Notes: generated from the sequence alone by a model not told the origin. A stretch of DNA of 64,000 bases from Acidobacteriota bacterium (GCA_016789605.1 JAEUQO010000289.1:8861-72860); one strand, 5' to 3'; shown: positions 28,196-37,500, numbered from the stretch's first letter. Numbers and translations are program-made.

Positions 28196-28957
28196 TCAGC
28201 CCGCTTTTACTGCCACGCCGAGGTAACCCATTATCGTGTGGCGCACAAAACGAAAGCGGAAATCATCGCCGACCACTCCTGTTGCCAGCATCCGCCAAAA
28301 TGCACGATTGATGACCGGGCTGAAGCCATGCAGCTCTCGCACGCGCAGGTCATTTGCCTGACACATGGCGCGCATCTCAGCAGGTTTGATGAATAGGCTT
28401 AGCTCGTGCATACGAGGCGGCGTATTTTTGACGAACCATTCCACGCCTTTAATGCCAATCAACCAACTGATGAAATTGCGATTGAAGGTGGCAAAGAAAA
28501 ACAAGCCACCAGGGCGAAGCACGCGCGCCGCTTCGGCGACGACGATGGCGGGTGCCTCGACGTGCTCGAGAAAGTCCATGGCGCAGACGGCTTGAAACGT
28601 TTCCGCGTCGTAGGGCAGGTGATAAGCATTTCCTTCGACATAGCACGCGCTGCTTGTTGCGTCATATCGTTGCGCGATCCGCAAGCTTCCCGCAGAAGCA
28701 TCCAATCCCATAACGCGAAATCCTGCTTGCGCCAGATGGTTTGAAAGAAAACCTCCGCCACAACCGATATCCAAAATGGGAGTGTCGTTGGCCGTGAAGT
28801 GTTGGCGGATAAGGTCCGCCACCCAGGGATTGCGCGTGCGCGATTCAGCGCGTAAAAGCGCCACCGGATCGTCTTGTGCGGTGTACCAACGTTCGCCTAG
28901 TTGGTGGTAGAGCTCGTTGTTAATCTGACTTGTTGGGGAGGCGTTGCCGATGACCAT
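28196..28957 (-). CDS. UbiG-like SAM-dependent O-methyltransferase
   Basis: LDIGCGGGFL, GLDAS, MDFLEHV, LRPGGLFFFATFNR. Start uncertain (28957 ATG or 28969 TTG). Confidence 0.8.
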   Translation of the reverse strand: MVIGNASPTSQINNELYHQLGERWYTAQDDPVALLRAESRTRNPWVADLIRQHFTANDTPILDIGCGGGFLSNHLAQAGFRVMGLDASAGSLRIAQRYDATSSACYVEGNAYHLPYDAETFQAVCAMDFLEHVEAPAIVVAEAARVLRPGGLFFFATFNRNFISWLIGIKGVEWFVKNTPPRMHELSLFIKPAEMRAMCQANDLRVRELHGFSPVINRAFWRMLATGVVGDDFRFRFVRHTIMGYLGVAVKAG

Positions 28958-29424
28958 ATGAAGTTCCAATAGATAAATTGATAGCCGCCAAACGCAAGCG
29001 TCAGCAGCGCATTGCCCAGCAGGAATTTGCCCTCAAATCCCGTGTAACGGATGAACGCGAGTGATTGCCCGTGCCAGGCAGGCCACAATAGTCCCGCACT
29101 GAGTAACGCCAGCGGATGCAGGATAAACAGCAGCGTGTGCAACCAACATTCAGCCGGACCGCAATAGCGGTTGTGCACCCATTCGTCTTTGGTGATGAAC
29201 AGTGAAGAAAAGACGGACAACCCGGCATAAACCGTTATGGACAACGTGCTGGGAGGAGTAAAGAAGAGCCAGGCATAACAGGCGACCACAGTCAGCGTAT
29301 CGAGTGGATGCCCCAATCGTTCCCAACGCGGCAACCCGCGTTGACGATGGAAATGCAATTCGTCCACCGCCATGCAAAGTGTTTGCAAGACGAAAGGCAG
29401 CAGCAGAAAGAGTGGGTTGAGCAT
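28897..29424 (-). CDS. Integral membrane protein with His/Glu clusters
   Basis: About five hydrophobic segments with DELHFH, WERLGHPLD, DEWVH and ECWLH motifs. Start uncertain. Confidence 0.7.
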   Translation of the reverse strand: MLNPLFLLLPFVLQTLCMAVDELHFHRQRGLPRWERLGHPLDTLTVVACYAWLFFTPPSTLSITVYAGLSVFSSLFITKDEWVHNRYCGPAECWLHTLLFILHPLALLSAGLLWPAWHGQSLAFIRYTGFEGKFLLGNALLTLAFGGYQFIYWNFIWSSATPPQQVRLTTSSTTN

Positions 29425-29551
29425 GGATAAAGTATGCCAGTCTGGCGTTGCTGCTTTTGCCAACAGAGAGGCAAAGCAAATTTCGCCAGCGATTACCCGT
29501 TGTGACGGATGATGATGGGTTCAGGCAGTGCGTTTAATGCGGGAAGCTACT

Positions 29552-30607
29552 TTACCACATGCCGCTTTCGGCCAAGGTGATTTGGTATTCGTTTGAGCGT
29601 TGCGTGCGAGAAAAAATACGCACTGCAACTGGGCCGGGATCAAGGCCGGGCGGAACGGGTGTGTTGATTTGCCATTCGTCAGCAGGCGCGTCGCCGCCCC
29701 ATTTGCCGACAAAAACCGGATTGATACCGTATCCGCCGACTTCGATGCGCAAGTCATTGAGCGAGACGTCTTCAGGCAAGCCTTTGACCGAAAGCGCCAG
29801 CATTGCGCGGCGGCCTCTGCGCGGGAAATGATGCTGGAAGGTGATGCTGTTGACGATGTTGACGATTTGCAGCGACGGCGCGCTTTCCTGCGGCAGGTCA
29901 TCCCAACGGCGAAACGCTTTGACGACGGCGCGCGTCGGTTCGCGGCGCAACACTTCGCAACGGGCGAAACCCGCCGTGCGCAACATGCGCACCAGGCATT
30001 CGACATTCGGTCCCCACCAGTTGTCATACTGACCGCCCAGTTCGTGCAGTTCGTAAAACTCCATGACGGGCAGCGGCAGTTCCACGAAATCATCCATCAC
30101 GTGCGTTTCGACGATGAGGACGTCGCGCGCGACTTCGCAGATTTGTTCCAGCGCCAACAACGGATGTTTGAGGTGATAGAGCACACCGAGGAAGAAAATC
30201 ACATCAAACGCGCCCAGCTCTTCGCGCGTGATTTCGTGGACGCTCAGCTCCTTGAACTCCACTTGCGAGTTGCGCGCCTGCTTGGCTTTGAAAAAGTTGT
30301 CAGGAGTCCAGCAATCAATCGCCTGCACTTGCGCGCCACGCCGTTCGGCTTCAAAGCTGTAATAGCCATCCCAACACCCGATGTCCAGCACGCGCTTGCC
30401 CGACAAATTTTCGGGCAAGTTAAACCGGCGAATGTTTTCCGCCAGCTCTTCCGCCGTGTGAACGCCGCGCGTGACATAGCCATCGCCCAGATCAATGCTG
30501 TGCCACCACGAACCGGCCAGCATTTCGGCTTTGTACGTGGCGGTGTATTGATCAACGTCCTTCCGACGGTCTGGTTGTGTGACGGGGCGCGGGTCTGATT
30601 GGCTCAA
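29552..30607 (-). CDS. CmoB/DUF1698-like methyltransferase with C-terminal Ig-like extension
   Basis: WWHSIDLG, VLDIGCWDG and FDVIFFLGVLYHL. C-terminus IEVGG...WQINTPVPPGLDPGPVAV. Confidence 0.8.
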   Translation of the reverse strand: MSQSDPRPVTQPDRRKDVDQYTATYKAEMLAGSWWHSIDLGDGYVTRGVHTAEELAENIRRFNLPENLSGKRVLDIGCWDGYYSFEAERRGAQVQAIDCWTPDNFFKAKQARNSQVEFKELSVHEITREELGAFDVIFFLGVLYHLKHPLLALEQICEVARDVLIVETHVMDDFVELPLPVMEFYELHELGGQYDNWWGPNVECLVRMLRTAGFARCEVLRREPTRAVVKAFRRWDDLPQESAPSLQIVNIVNSITFQHHFPRRGRRAMLALSVKGLPEDVSLNDLRIEVGGYGINPVFVGKWGGDAPADEWQINTPVPPGLDPGPVAVRIFSRTQRSNEYQITLAESGMW

Positions 30608-30660
30608 GCGGAACTGGCTCCTGAAAAACGAGCGCAGGCGGATTGACCTGCGCTCGCGGG

Positions 30661-31527
30661 TTAGGGTTTACGGGGTTTGCGGACAGGCGGTTTTTCTGGT
30701 TGCGGCGTCGGCGGAGCCAGCAGTTCCGGAGCCATTTCCTGTAACTGTTGGGTCGCGAGCGTCGCTTCCTTGCTGGTCGGGTAAGCCTTGGTGATGGCCA
30801 GCATCTGTTGCAACGCTTCGTCCTTGCGATTGAGCTCCAGCAGAATCAACGCGCGTTTATAGAGCGCCAGCGAAGTCTTGTCGCCGTTGGCATTAACCGT
30901 CGCGACCTTTTCGAGTTCTGCGATGGCTTCGGGCAGCTTTTTCTGCGTGTAGAGAATTTCGCCGATCCAATATTGTGCGTTGTCGGCCAGTTCAGAACTG
31001 CCGTAAATCTCGACGTACTGTTTGAATTCCGAAAGCGCCAGATCGTAATTGCCGCGCGAATAATCGCTGTAGGCTGCCGCAAAAAGCTGTTCGGCGTTGC
31101 CGGGCGTGATCTGTGTGAAGGTCGGCAGTTTGGGAATGTCTTCAATCAATTTGCGCAACTGGGCGAATTGTTCCGACAAGCGTTCCATCCGCGAATTGGT
31201 GGCCGTGATGCGTTCGCCCATTGCGGAAACCTGTGTGACGGTGTCGCCACTGTTGGTCGAAATGGACGATTGCGCACGGCGGATGGCGGCGATGTTGTCG
31301 CTCATTTGCACGATCAGGGTGTTCAACTCGCCCGTGGTTTTGTTGAACGTGTCCTGCATCGTTTGCGTCTGGCGTTGCAGCAAGGTCAGCTCGGTTTTCA
31401 TTTCTTCGAGCTTGATCGCCATTTGATCAATCTTGTCTTTGACGTCTTTGCTTTGCGCGGTGGCGAGTTGGGGCAGAGCCAGCAGCGCCGTGAGCAGTAG
31501 CGTAAGTGTCAGTATGCGGAACTTCAT
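30661..31527 (-). CDS. cpoB: Tol-Pal system protein CpoB/YbgF
   Basis: Signal peptide, coiled coil and TPR (YSRGNYDLA...ADNAQYWIGE). Directly downstream of pal. Confidence 0.88.
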   Translation of the reverse strand: MKFRILTLTLLLTALLALPQLATAQSKDVKDKIDQMAIKLEEMKTELTLLQRQTQTMQDTFNKTTGELNTLIVQMSDNIAAIRRAQSSISTNSGDTVTQVSAMGERITATNSRMERLSEQFAQLRKLIEDIPKLPTFTQITPGNAEQLFAAAYSDYSRGNYDLALSEFKQYVEIYGSSELADNAQYWIGEILYTQKKLPEAIAELEKVATVNANGDKTSLALYKRALILLELNRKDEALQQMLAITKAYPTSKEATLATQQLQEMAPELLAPPTPQPEKPPVRKPRKP

Positions 31528-31589
31528 AGTCTATCCAAAGGAATGGGGAGAGCGTTTGCCGCTCAAGGGCAAGCGCTCTCCAGGTGAAA

Positions 31590-32582
31590 TTATGGACGGT
31601 CGCCGCCGCGCACGTAGATGAAATCTGCACGACGATCGTGTGCCCACGAGGGCGCATTGGCCGGAGAGCCTTCGTCCGCGCCTTGCGCCTTTTCGGAACC
31701 GTAGCTGACGATTTCGATGCGGCTGGGATCAACGCCCAAACTGATCAGGAAATCCTTGGCCGCGCGTGCGCGCCGGTCGCCCAATCCCAGGTTGTATTCC
31801 GACGTGCCGCGCGGATCGCAGTTGCCCTCAATGCGGAAGACGATGGAACGATTCCGCTCTTGATTCAGCCAATCCGCCAAACGGCGCAATTTGTCTTGTT
31901 CGGAAGCCTTGACGTCGGATTTGTCGTAATCGTAAAAGACCGGTTGCATCACGCGCAGGAATTCGTCTGCGACGGGCGGCGCTTTCGGTTCCGGCGCTTT
32001 TTCGACGGTGCGCGGACGTTCGGCAGTCGGCGGCGGCGGCGGATCAGACACCGTCACGCGCGTGCTGGCCGTGGCGTTGCCACCATCACCCAGCGCTGTC
32101 GCGGTGTAAGTCGTTGATACGCGCGGGCTGATTTCGCGTTGTCCTGATGCCGGAACTTCGCCCAACCCGGAGATGGTCACGATCTTGGCGTTGTCCGCAG
32201 ACCAACGAAGCGAGGTGTTTTGACCGCGTTCAATTGCGCCTGGTTCAGCCCGCAGGGTGACGGTCGGCGCTGGCGCTTTGGTTTTGTTGACGGTCACCGA
32301 AGCGCTGTCACGCGCTTCTTTCTTGCCGCGTTTAGCGACGATTTCAAACTTGGTGGTGTCGGCAGGGATAACGCTCTTGCCGCCGACTTTGTCTACCTTT
32401 TCGCCGTTGAGCATGACCTCTTTGGCGTTCTTGGTTTCCCACTTGACGGTTACGGGTTCGCCTGCTTTGACGTCGTTGCGCGAAACGCTCAGTTTCGCGG
32501 TCGGCGGAGCGCACGCCGAAAACAACACGGCGAGTGCGGTAACCGACAACAGCAAAGAAAGCTGTGTGAACTTGCGAGTCAT
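31590..32582 (-). CDS. pal: Peptidoglycan-associated lipoprotein with two extra N-terminal Ig-like repeats
   Basis: Lipobox LFSAC. OmpA-C domain VFYDYDKS...EGNCDPRGTSEYNLGLGDRRA. It lies between tolB and cpoB. Confidence 0.85.
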   Translation of the reverse strand: MTRKFTQLSLLLSVTALAVLFSACAPPTAKLSVSRNDVKAGEPVTVKWETKNAKEVMLNGEKVDKVGGKSVIPADTTKFEIVAKRGKKEARDSASVTVNKTKAPAPTVTLRAEPGAIERGQNTSLRWSADNAKIVTISGLGEVPASGQREISPRVSTTYTATALGDGGNATASTRVTVSDPPPPPTAERPRTVEKAPEPKAPPVADEFLRVMQPVFYDYDKSDVKASEQDKLRRLADWLNQERNRSIVFRIEGNCDPRGTSEYNLGLGDRRARAAKDFLISLGVDPSRIEIVSYGSEKAQGADEGSPANAPSWAHDRRADFIYVRGGDRP

Positions 32583-32686
32583 TGTCTGTTCCTCTCCTTT
32601 GGAAGTAATAACTGCACTGGCGATAACAGAAGTTGTTGGGTGAAGGGCACGAAAAAACAGTGCACGGACATTGTGTCGTATAACGC

Positions 32687-33979
32687 CTACTTTGACCAAG
32701 AAGGCGAGCGGCCTCCGGTGCGGGTCAACTGACGCGGTTCGCTGCCATCAATATGCATGGCCCAGATTTCCCAGCGGCCGGTGCGGTTCGATTGAAACGC
32801 GATGTGTCGGCTGTCGGGCGACCAGGTTGGATTTTCATTGCGGCCTTCGCGCGTCAAACGTAACACCTGGCCTGACGCGACATCGGCCAGATAGATGTGA
32901 AATCCGCCGCCGCCGCCATCCCAGGTGAAGGCCAAAAAACGACCATCAGGCGACCACGCGGGCGAATCCATGTGTCCGCCTAAACTCAGCAGCGGGCGTT
33001 CGTTCGCGCCTTCGGCATCAATCAAATAGACCTGCGGCAGCCCGCCGCGATCAGAAATGAATGCGATTTCGCGGCCCGTTTTGGGATTCCAACGCGGCGA
33101 AATGTTGACGGCATTGCGCGTGCGTGTCAGGCGGCGTGCGCCAGAGCCATCGCTTTCGGCGACATAGATTTCCATCGCAGCGCCGTCTTTGGAAGAGGCA
33201 AAGGCGATGCGTCCATCCGGCGCAACCGACGGCGACGTGGTGGTGCCTTTGAATTGCGTGGCGCCGATCAACAAACCGTCTTCGCCGCGAATGACGATGT
33301 TCGGATGTCCGCTGCGGTATGAAACATAGGCCAGCCGTTTGCCATCCGGCGACAACGCCGGGAACAGCGCAATCGAACCGTCACGTGAAAATTGCCGCGC
33401 GCCAAACCCGTCGTAATCCATCAACTGAACTTCGCGATTGTTGATGTATGCGATCTTGGATTGTGCGATGCCGTCCTGGCCGGTCAACAGCTTGGTGATT
33501 TGATCGGCGAATTGATGCGCCATATCGCGCGCATCACCGCTCAAGCTGGCGGTCAGCAATTGCGCTTGCGTTTTGACGTCATAAAGAAAGCCTTGCGCGG
33601 TGTTGGCGCCGGTCAAGCTGCCAAACGCGACATAATCCGATTTGACCGGATCGTTGGCCCACTCTTCGTAACGCAAGGTCGCCGGGTCGGCAAGCTTAGT
33701 TTTGGGATACAGGCTTTTGCCGACGAGGTTGGCGACGCCGGCAAATTTCAAATCCGCCCACAACGTCTCGTTGAAGGTCGCCAGCGTTGACTCGCTGCCT
33801 GCTGCGCGCAATTGGAAATCGGCGACTGCCAGTGATGGGCCGCTGCCCGGAGTGACGATAATCGTGCCGATTTGCTGTTTCAGCGGGTCTTGCGCTTGCT
33901 GTGCGCCGACTGGTTGCAACTGCCACCAGATCATGGCCGCAAAGGCCAAAACTCCAACACTCAGGAAAACTCTCTTCAT
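32687..33979 (-). CDS. tolB: Tol-Pal beta-propeller protein TolB
   Basis: Repeated PD40/WD40-like P.WSPDG motifs and an N-terminal TolB_N-like region. Start moved to MKRVF at 33979. Confidence 0.88.
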   Translation of the reverse strand: MKRVFLSVGVLAFAAMIWWQLQPVGAQQAQDPLKQQIGTIIVTPGSGPSLAVADFQLRAAGSESTLATFNETLWADLKFAGVANLVGKSLYPKTKLADPATLRYEEWANDPVKSDYVAFGSLTGANTAQGFLYDVKTQAQLLTASLSGDARDMAHQFADQITKLLTGQDGIAQSKIAYINNREVQLMDYDGFGARQFSRDGSIALFPALSPDGKRLAYVSYRSGHPNIVIRGEDGLLIGATQFKGTTTSPSVAPDGRIAFASSKDGAAMEIYVAESDGSGARRLTRTRNAVNISPRWNPKTGREIAFISDRGGLPQVYLIDAEGANERPLLSLGGHMDSPAWSPDGRFLAFTWDGGGGGFHIYLADVASGQVLRLTREGRNENPTWSPDSRHIAFQSNRTGRWEIWAMHIDGSEPRQLTRTGGRSPSWSK

Positions 33980-33992
33980 TCCTTCTCCACAA

Positions 33993-34547
33993 TTAGCTGA
34001 CGGGGTTGCGTGCACCGGGCCACGGCCCCACAGGTTCTGCGGGCAATTCGACATCCGCGACTTCTTCCTTAAACAGGCGAAATCCGCGCGCTTGATAATT
34101 GGCCAATGCGTGCGGACCATCCAGCGAACAGGTGTGCACCCACACGCGTGTGGCATCCATCGCCCAGGCGCGTCTGATGGTTTCCGTTAACAGCGCGCCG
34201 CCCAGGCCGCGTCCGACAAATTGCGGCAACAACCCGAAATAGACAATTTCGACATTGCCTTCCGATTGTTTTTCCAACTCGAAATAGCCCGCGGGAGTGC
34301 CCGCCACATAACCGATCCAGGTTTCAACTTCCGGGCGCTGCAAATACGCCAGCCAACGGTCATAGCTCCAACCAAGTCGGTCAATCCAGTACCAATCGCC
34401 GCCGACTGACGCATACAGAAAGCGGTTCAACTCAGGGCAGGGAATGGCGGCCTGTTGCACCAGCAATTCAGCGGCGCGCTGGGATGTGGGGAGCAACTGC
34501 GCCGGGTCTGTCATTTCCAGATGATAAGTCGTGACCTGCGTTTTCAT
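33993..34547 (-). CDS. GNAT family N-acetyltransferase
   Basis: YFGLLPQFVGRGLG acetyl-CoA motif A, VWVHTC and ALANYQARGF. Confidence 0.88.
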   Translation of the reverse strand: MKTQVTTYHLEMTDPAQLLPTSQRAAELLVQQAAIPCPELNRFLYASVGGDWYWIDRLGWSYDRWLAYLQRPEVETWIGYVAGTPAGYFELEKQSEGNVEIVYFGLLPQFVGRGLGGALLTETIRRAWAMDATRVWVHTCSLDGPHALANYQARGFRLFKEEVADVELPAEPVGPWPGARNPVS

Positions 34548-34555
34548 TTGCTCGT

Positions 34556-35383
34556 TTACTTTGGATAGCGAAACCAGATTTCAGCGACAGCTTCTTGCGC
34601 GCTCAACAGAAAACCATTCGGAAAAGGCGGCAAGCCCGTTGCGGCAGCAGCCAGAATGGCGCGCTCTGCTGCGTTGTTGACCAGCTCGTTCGTGCTGCGT
34701 CGTTTGAAATAGTTTGTGGCCACGCGGCCATTCACGACGGACAAGATGCGCCCATCGCGCGCAATGCGCAGTTGCACGATCACGTATTGCGGGCTGGTCA
34801 CATCAGCCGTCACCGGCGGATTGTAATTGCGGCTCAGAATCATCTGGATTCGCCGTCCGTATTCTGATCCGCCGGGGACGCCGCTTGCCCCCAGGTTTGC
34901 GCCGGAACCCACGCCCACGCCGCTGGTGTATTGCGCTGGCGCAGGCGAACCGAAACTGCGTCCTACCTCGACATTGGTGTTAGTCGAACTGCCGCGCAAC
35001 GGCTCTTTCGCATAGGCTTGGGCCGTTTGATTGGCGGTCGGACGATCCGTTGCTTTTAGCTCTTCCTTGGTTTTCGGCGTTGCCTTGGTGCTGGGCAGAA
35101 CTTCTGCCTCCGGCGTTGTTTTCGGCGCTTCGGTCTCTACCAGTTCATTGTTGGCGGTGTTCTTTTCTTCACCGAGAAACGATACCGAACGCGGTTGCGT
35201 GAATCCCAATTGACTGGCCGAAATCGTGCCGACTTCGATGACGCCCTCGCCACTGCCTTGGCCTTCGCCTGCGGCGACGATGGTGGTTGTCAGCGGATTG
35301 CGAAAGAGCCAGACATACACCAGCAGCAACACAGCGTGCATCACGATTGACAGGATGGTTCCGGTGCGCTGATCGAGTTTCAC
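34556..35383 (-). CDS. tolA: TolA/TonB-like energy transducer
   Basis: N-terminal TM with S..MH motif (SIVMHAV), low-complexity linker and TonB/TolA-C-like domain (YGRRIQ..L..NY.PP...V.LRIARDG.I). It follows tolR. Confidence 0.7.
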   Translation of the reverse strand: MKLDQRTGTILSIVMHAVLLLVYVWLFRNPLTTTIVAAGEGQGSGEGVIEVGTISASQLGFTQPRSVSFLGEEKNTANNELVETEAPKTTPEAEVLPSTKATPKTKEELKATDRPTANQTAQAYAKEPLRGSSTNTNVEVGRSFGSPAPAQYTSGVGVGSGANLGASGVPGGSEYGRRIQMILSRNYNPPVTADVTSPQYVIVQLRIARDGRILSVVNGRVATNYFKRRSTNELVNNAAERAILAAAATGLPPFPNGFLLSAQEAVAEIWFRYPK

Positions 35384-35386
35384 GGT

Positions 35387-35815
35387 TTACTTCTTGGTCG
35401 GTTCGGTTACGAGACTGACATTGGCCTGTGCCCGTTTTGCCTGATCCAACACATAGGCGATCACGCGATAGGGCGTATCGCCGTCTCCGCGCAGATACAC
35501 GCGGCGGTCTTTGGCATTGGCCAGACGCTCTGTCAGCAGTTGCGGCAGATCATTGATATTGACCGCCTGCCGTTCGTTCTTGCCGCTCAAATAGACGGAG
35601 CCTTCTTTGTCCACGGAGAGGATCAACGCCTCAGGCGTGGCTTCGTTGCTTTGGGCTTCGCGGGTTTTGGGCAGATTGACCTGAATGCCGGTTTGCAGAA
35701 TCGGCGCTGTAACCATGAAGATCACCAATAAGACCAGCATCACGTCTACCAGCGGCGTGACGTTGATTTCCGCCAGCGCGGTTTGGGTTCTTCCACTTCG
35801 ATTGGTAAAAGCCAT
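35387..35815 (-). CDS. tolR: TolR/ExbD
   Basis: EINVTPLVDVMLVLLVIFMVTAP and VYLRGD motifs. Confidence 0.92.
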   Translation of the reverse strand: MAFTNRSGRTQTALAEINVTPLVDVMLVLLVIFMVTAPILQTGIQVNLPKTREAQSNEATPEALILSVDKEGSVYLSGKNERQAVNINDLPQLLTERLANAKDRRVYLRGDGDTPYRVIAYVLDQAKRAQANVSLVTEPTKK

Positions 35816-35827
35816 AGCTCAGAAATC

Positions 35828-35917
35828 AAAAGTCAAAAGGCAAGAAGTAAAAGGCGAAACCTGGAGCCGAAATGCGTACAGACCGATTTATTTTTGCCTT
35901 TTGTTTTCGCCTTTTAC
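35828..35917. repeat. Heptamer (AAAAGGC-like) short tandem repeats with complementary arm
   Basis: AAAAGTC AAAAGGC AAGAAGT AAAAGGC at 35828-35855. Complements TTGCCTTTTG and TTTCGCCTTTTAC at 35894-35917. Confidence 0.6.
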
Positions 35918-36633
35918 TGCCCCGATTCGCGTTCGATGAAATTCAGCAGTCGCAGCGTGAAGCTGTCCATTTCTGCTGCCAGCAATTTGATGCGGTTCAG
36001 ATAGTGGTTATAGGCGAGCACCGCCGGGACCGCCGCCGCGATGCCAGCCGCCGTGGCAATCAAGGCTTCTGCAATGCCTGGCGCAACGGCTTGAATGGAA
36101 GCCGTGCTTGCCTGGCTCAAACCTTGAAACGCGATAATGATACCGACCACAGTGCCAAACAAGCCGATGAAGGGGGCCGCGCTCGCTGTTGACGCCAACC
36201 AGCCCAGGCTTTGTTCCAGTTTGGTCGTTTCGCGGATGGCGACGCTTTGCATGACGCGTTGCACGGCGTCCAGATTGAGCTGGCGTTGTTTTTGCAGCTC
36301 GTCATTGGCGGCTTGAAAGATCGCGACCAGCGGACTGTCTTTGAAATTTACGCTGCCCGTATGCAGTTCTGCCCAGCGCGTTGCCTGGTCAAAGAGTTGC
36401 AGGAATTGCGCTGATTTCTGTTGGGCCAGTTTGGTGGCGCGCTCTTTGGTGAAGATGATCGCCCACGAGGCAATCGAAAAGAGCAACAGAATGAGCAGCA
36501 CAAATTTGGCGATGGGGCTGGCACGCAGAATTAAATCCAACAAGCTGCTGTGTTGGGCAGTTTGTTCCTGCCACAACCAGAAAGCGGGCCAAAAAACGGG
36601 CGAGCAAGCAGACGAAGCTTCGACTACGATCAA
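35914..36633 (-). CDS. tolQ: TolQ/ExbB (MotA family)
   Basis: LASTASAAPFIGLFGTVVGI and VAPGIAEALIATAAG motifs. Start uncertain. Confidence 0.92.
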   Translation of the reverse strand: MIVVEASSACSPVFWPAFWLWQEQTAQHSSLLDLILRASPIAKFVLLILLLFSIASWAIIFTKERATKLAQQKSAQFLQLFDQATRWAELHTGSVNFKDSPLVAIFQAANDELQKQRQLNLDAVQRVMQSVAIRETTKLEQSLGWLASTASAAPFIGLFGTVVGIIIAFQGLSQASTASIQAVAPGIAEALIATAAGIAAAVPAVLAYNHYLNRIKLLAAEMDSFTLRLLNFIERESGQ

Positions 36634-36933
36634 CCTAAACTCCCTTATGAAGGATTTACGGCAAACTCACAATGCGTTTGCCAAACTGTTGATTAGGGCC
36701 AAACTCTCTATTGATCAGGAGTGATGAAAGACTTTGTCTATTAAGCAAGTATGCTAACATGCGGCCTGACAGAGGTTCAAGAAAGCCTTATTGCCAAACG
36801 AGTTTCAGGCCTCGGGAATTCGTTTTCCGCCGTCTGAAAACCGCCAACTCCGCCGCCAGCTTCAGCCGTACAGCGCAGGGTGATAGTGCGTAGAACAGCA
36901 GTAACACTGTTTCTTTCCAAAGGAGCGTGACTT

Positions 36934-37428
36934 ATGAACCGTGCCACGAAAGTTATCTTGACTCTCGTTGTGGTTGGAGGTTTTGCCCTTGGTACAACGT
37001 ACACCCAAACCAGCAACGCCACCAGCTTATCTGTAGACTCCATCAACCAACAACACACACAAGCGCATTCAGGGCCTGTCTTGCGGGAATATCGCGGCAT
37101 CAAACTTCAGATGAAACGCGATGAAGTGCAGGCCGCGCTTGGCAAGCCGGAAAACTCAAGCGACGCCAGCGATGATTTCAAATTGAACGGAGATGACACC
37201 ATGACCGTTCATTACGACAACGGCGTCGTCAAAGCGATTCAGCTTGCGTTTCTCGATGCCAAGAATGCGCCCGCCTGGAAAGACGTGGTGGGAGATGCCG
37301 AAGTGGAGGACATGGCCAACGGGGCCAAAGCCGCCCGCAAAACCGTCGCGGCGGAAAAATTCTGGGTTTCGATTTACCAGAACAAAGACGCTTCGATCAC
37401 ACGCATCACGATCAGTCGGATGAACTAG
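36934..37428 (+). CDS. Hypothetical exported protein (SmpA/BamE-like motif)
   Basis: AAGGAG RBS, N-terminal hydrophobic segment and LQMKRDEVQAALGKP. Confidence 0.65.
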   Translation: MNRATKVILTLVVVGGFALGTTYTQTSNATSLSVDSINQQHTQAHSGPVLREYRGIKLQMKRDEVQAALGKPENSSDASDDFKLNGDDTMTVHYDNGVVKAIQLAFLDAKNAPAWKDVVGDAEVEDMANGAKAARKTVAAEKFWVSIYQNKDASITRITISRMN

Positions 37429-37438
37429 CGCTTACAGG

Positions 37439-37478
37439 CAAAAGGGGAAAAGAAAGCGGACTTTCTTTTCCCCTTTTG
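37439..37478. terminator. Bidirectional terminator
   Basis: Perfect 18-bp stem CAAAAGGGGAAAAGAAAG / CTTTCTTTTCCCCTTTTG with a CGGA loop, between convergent genes. Confidence 0.88.
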
Positions 37479-37500
37479 GTTATGGATTCGGCGATCCGGC

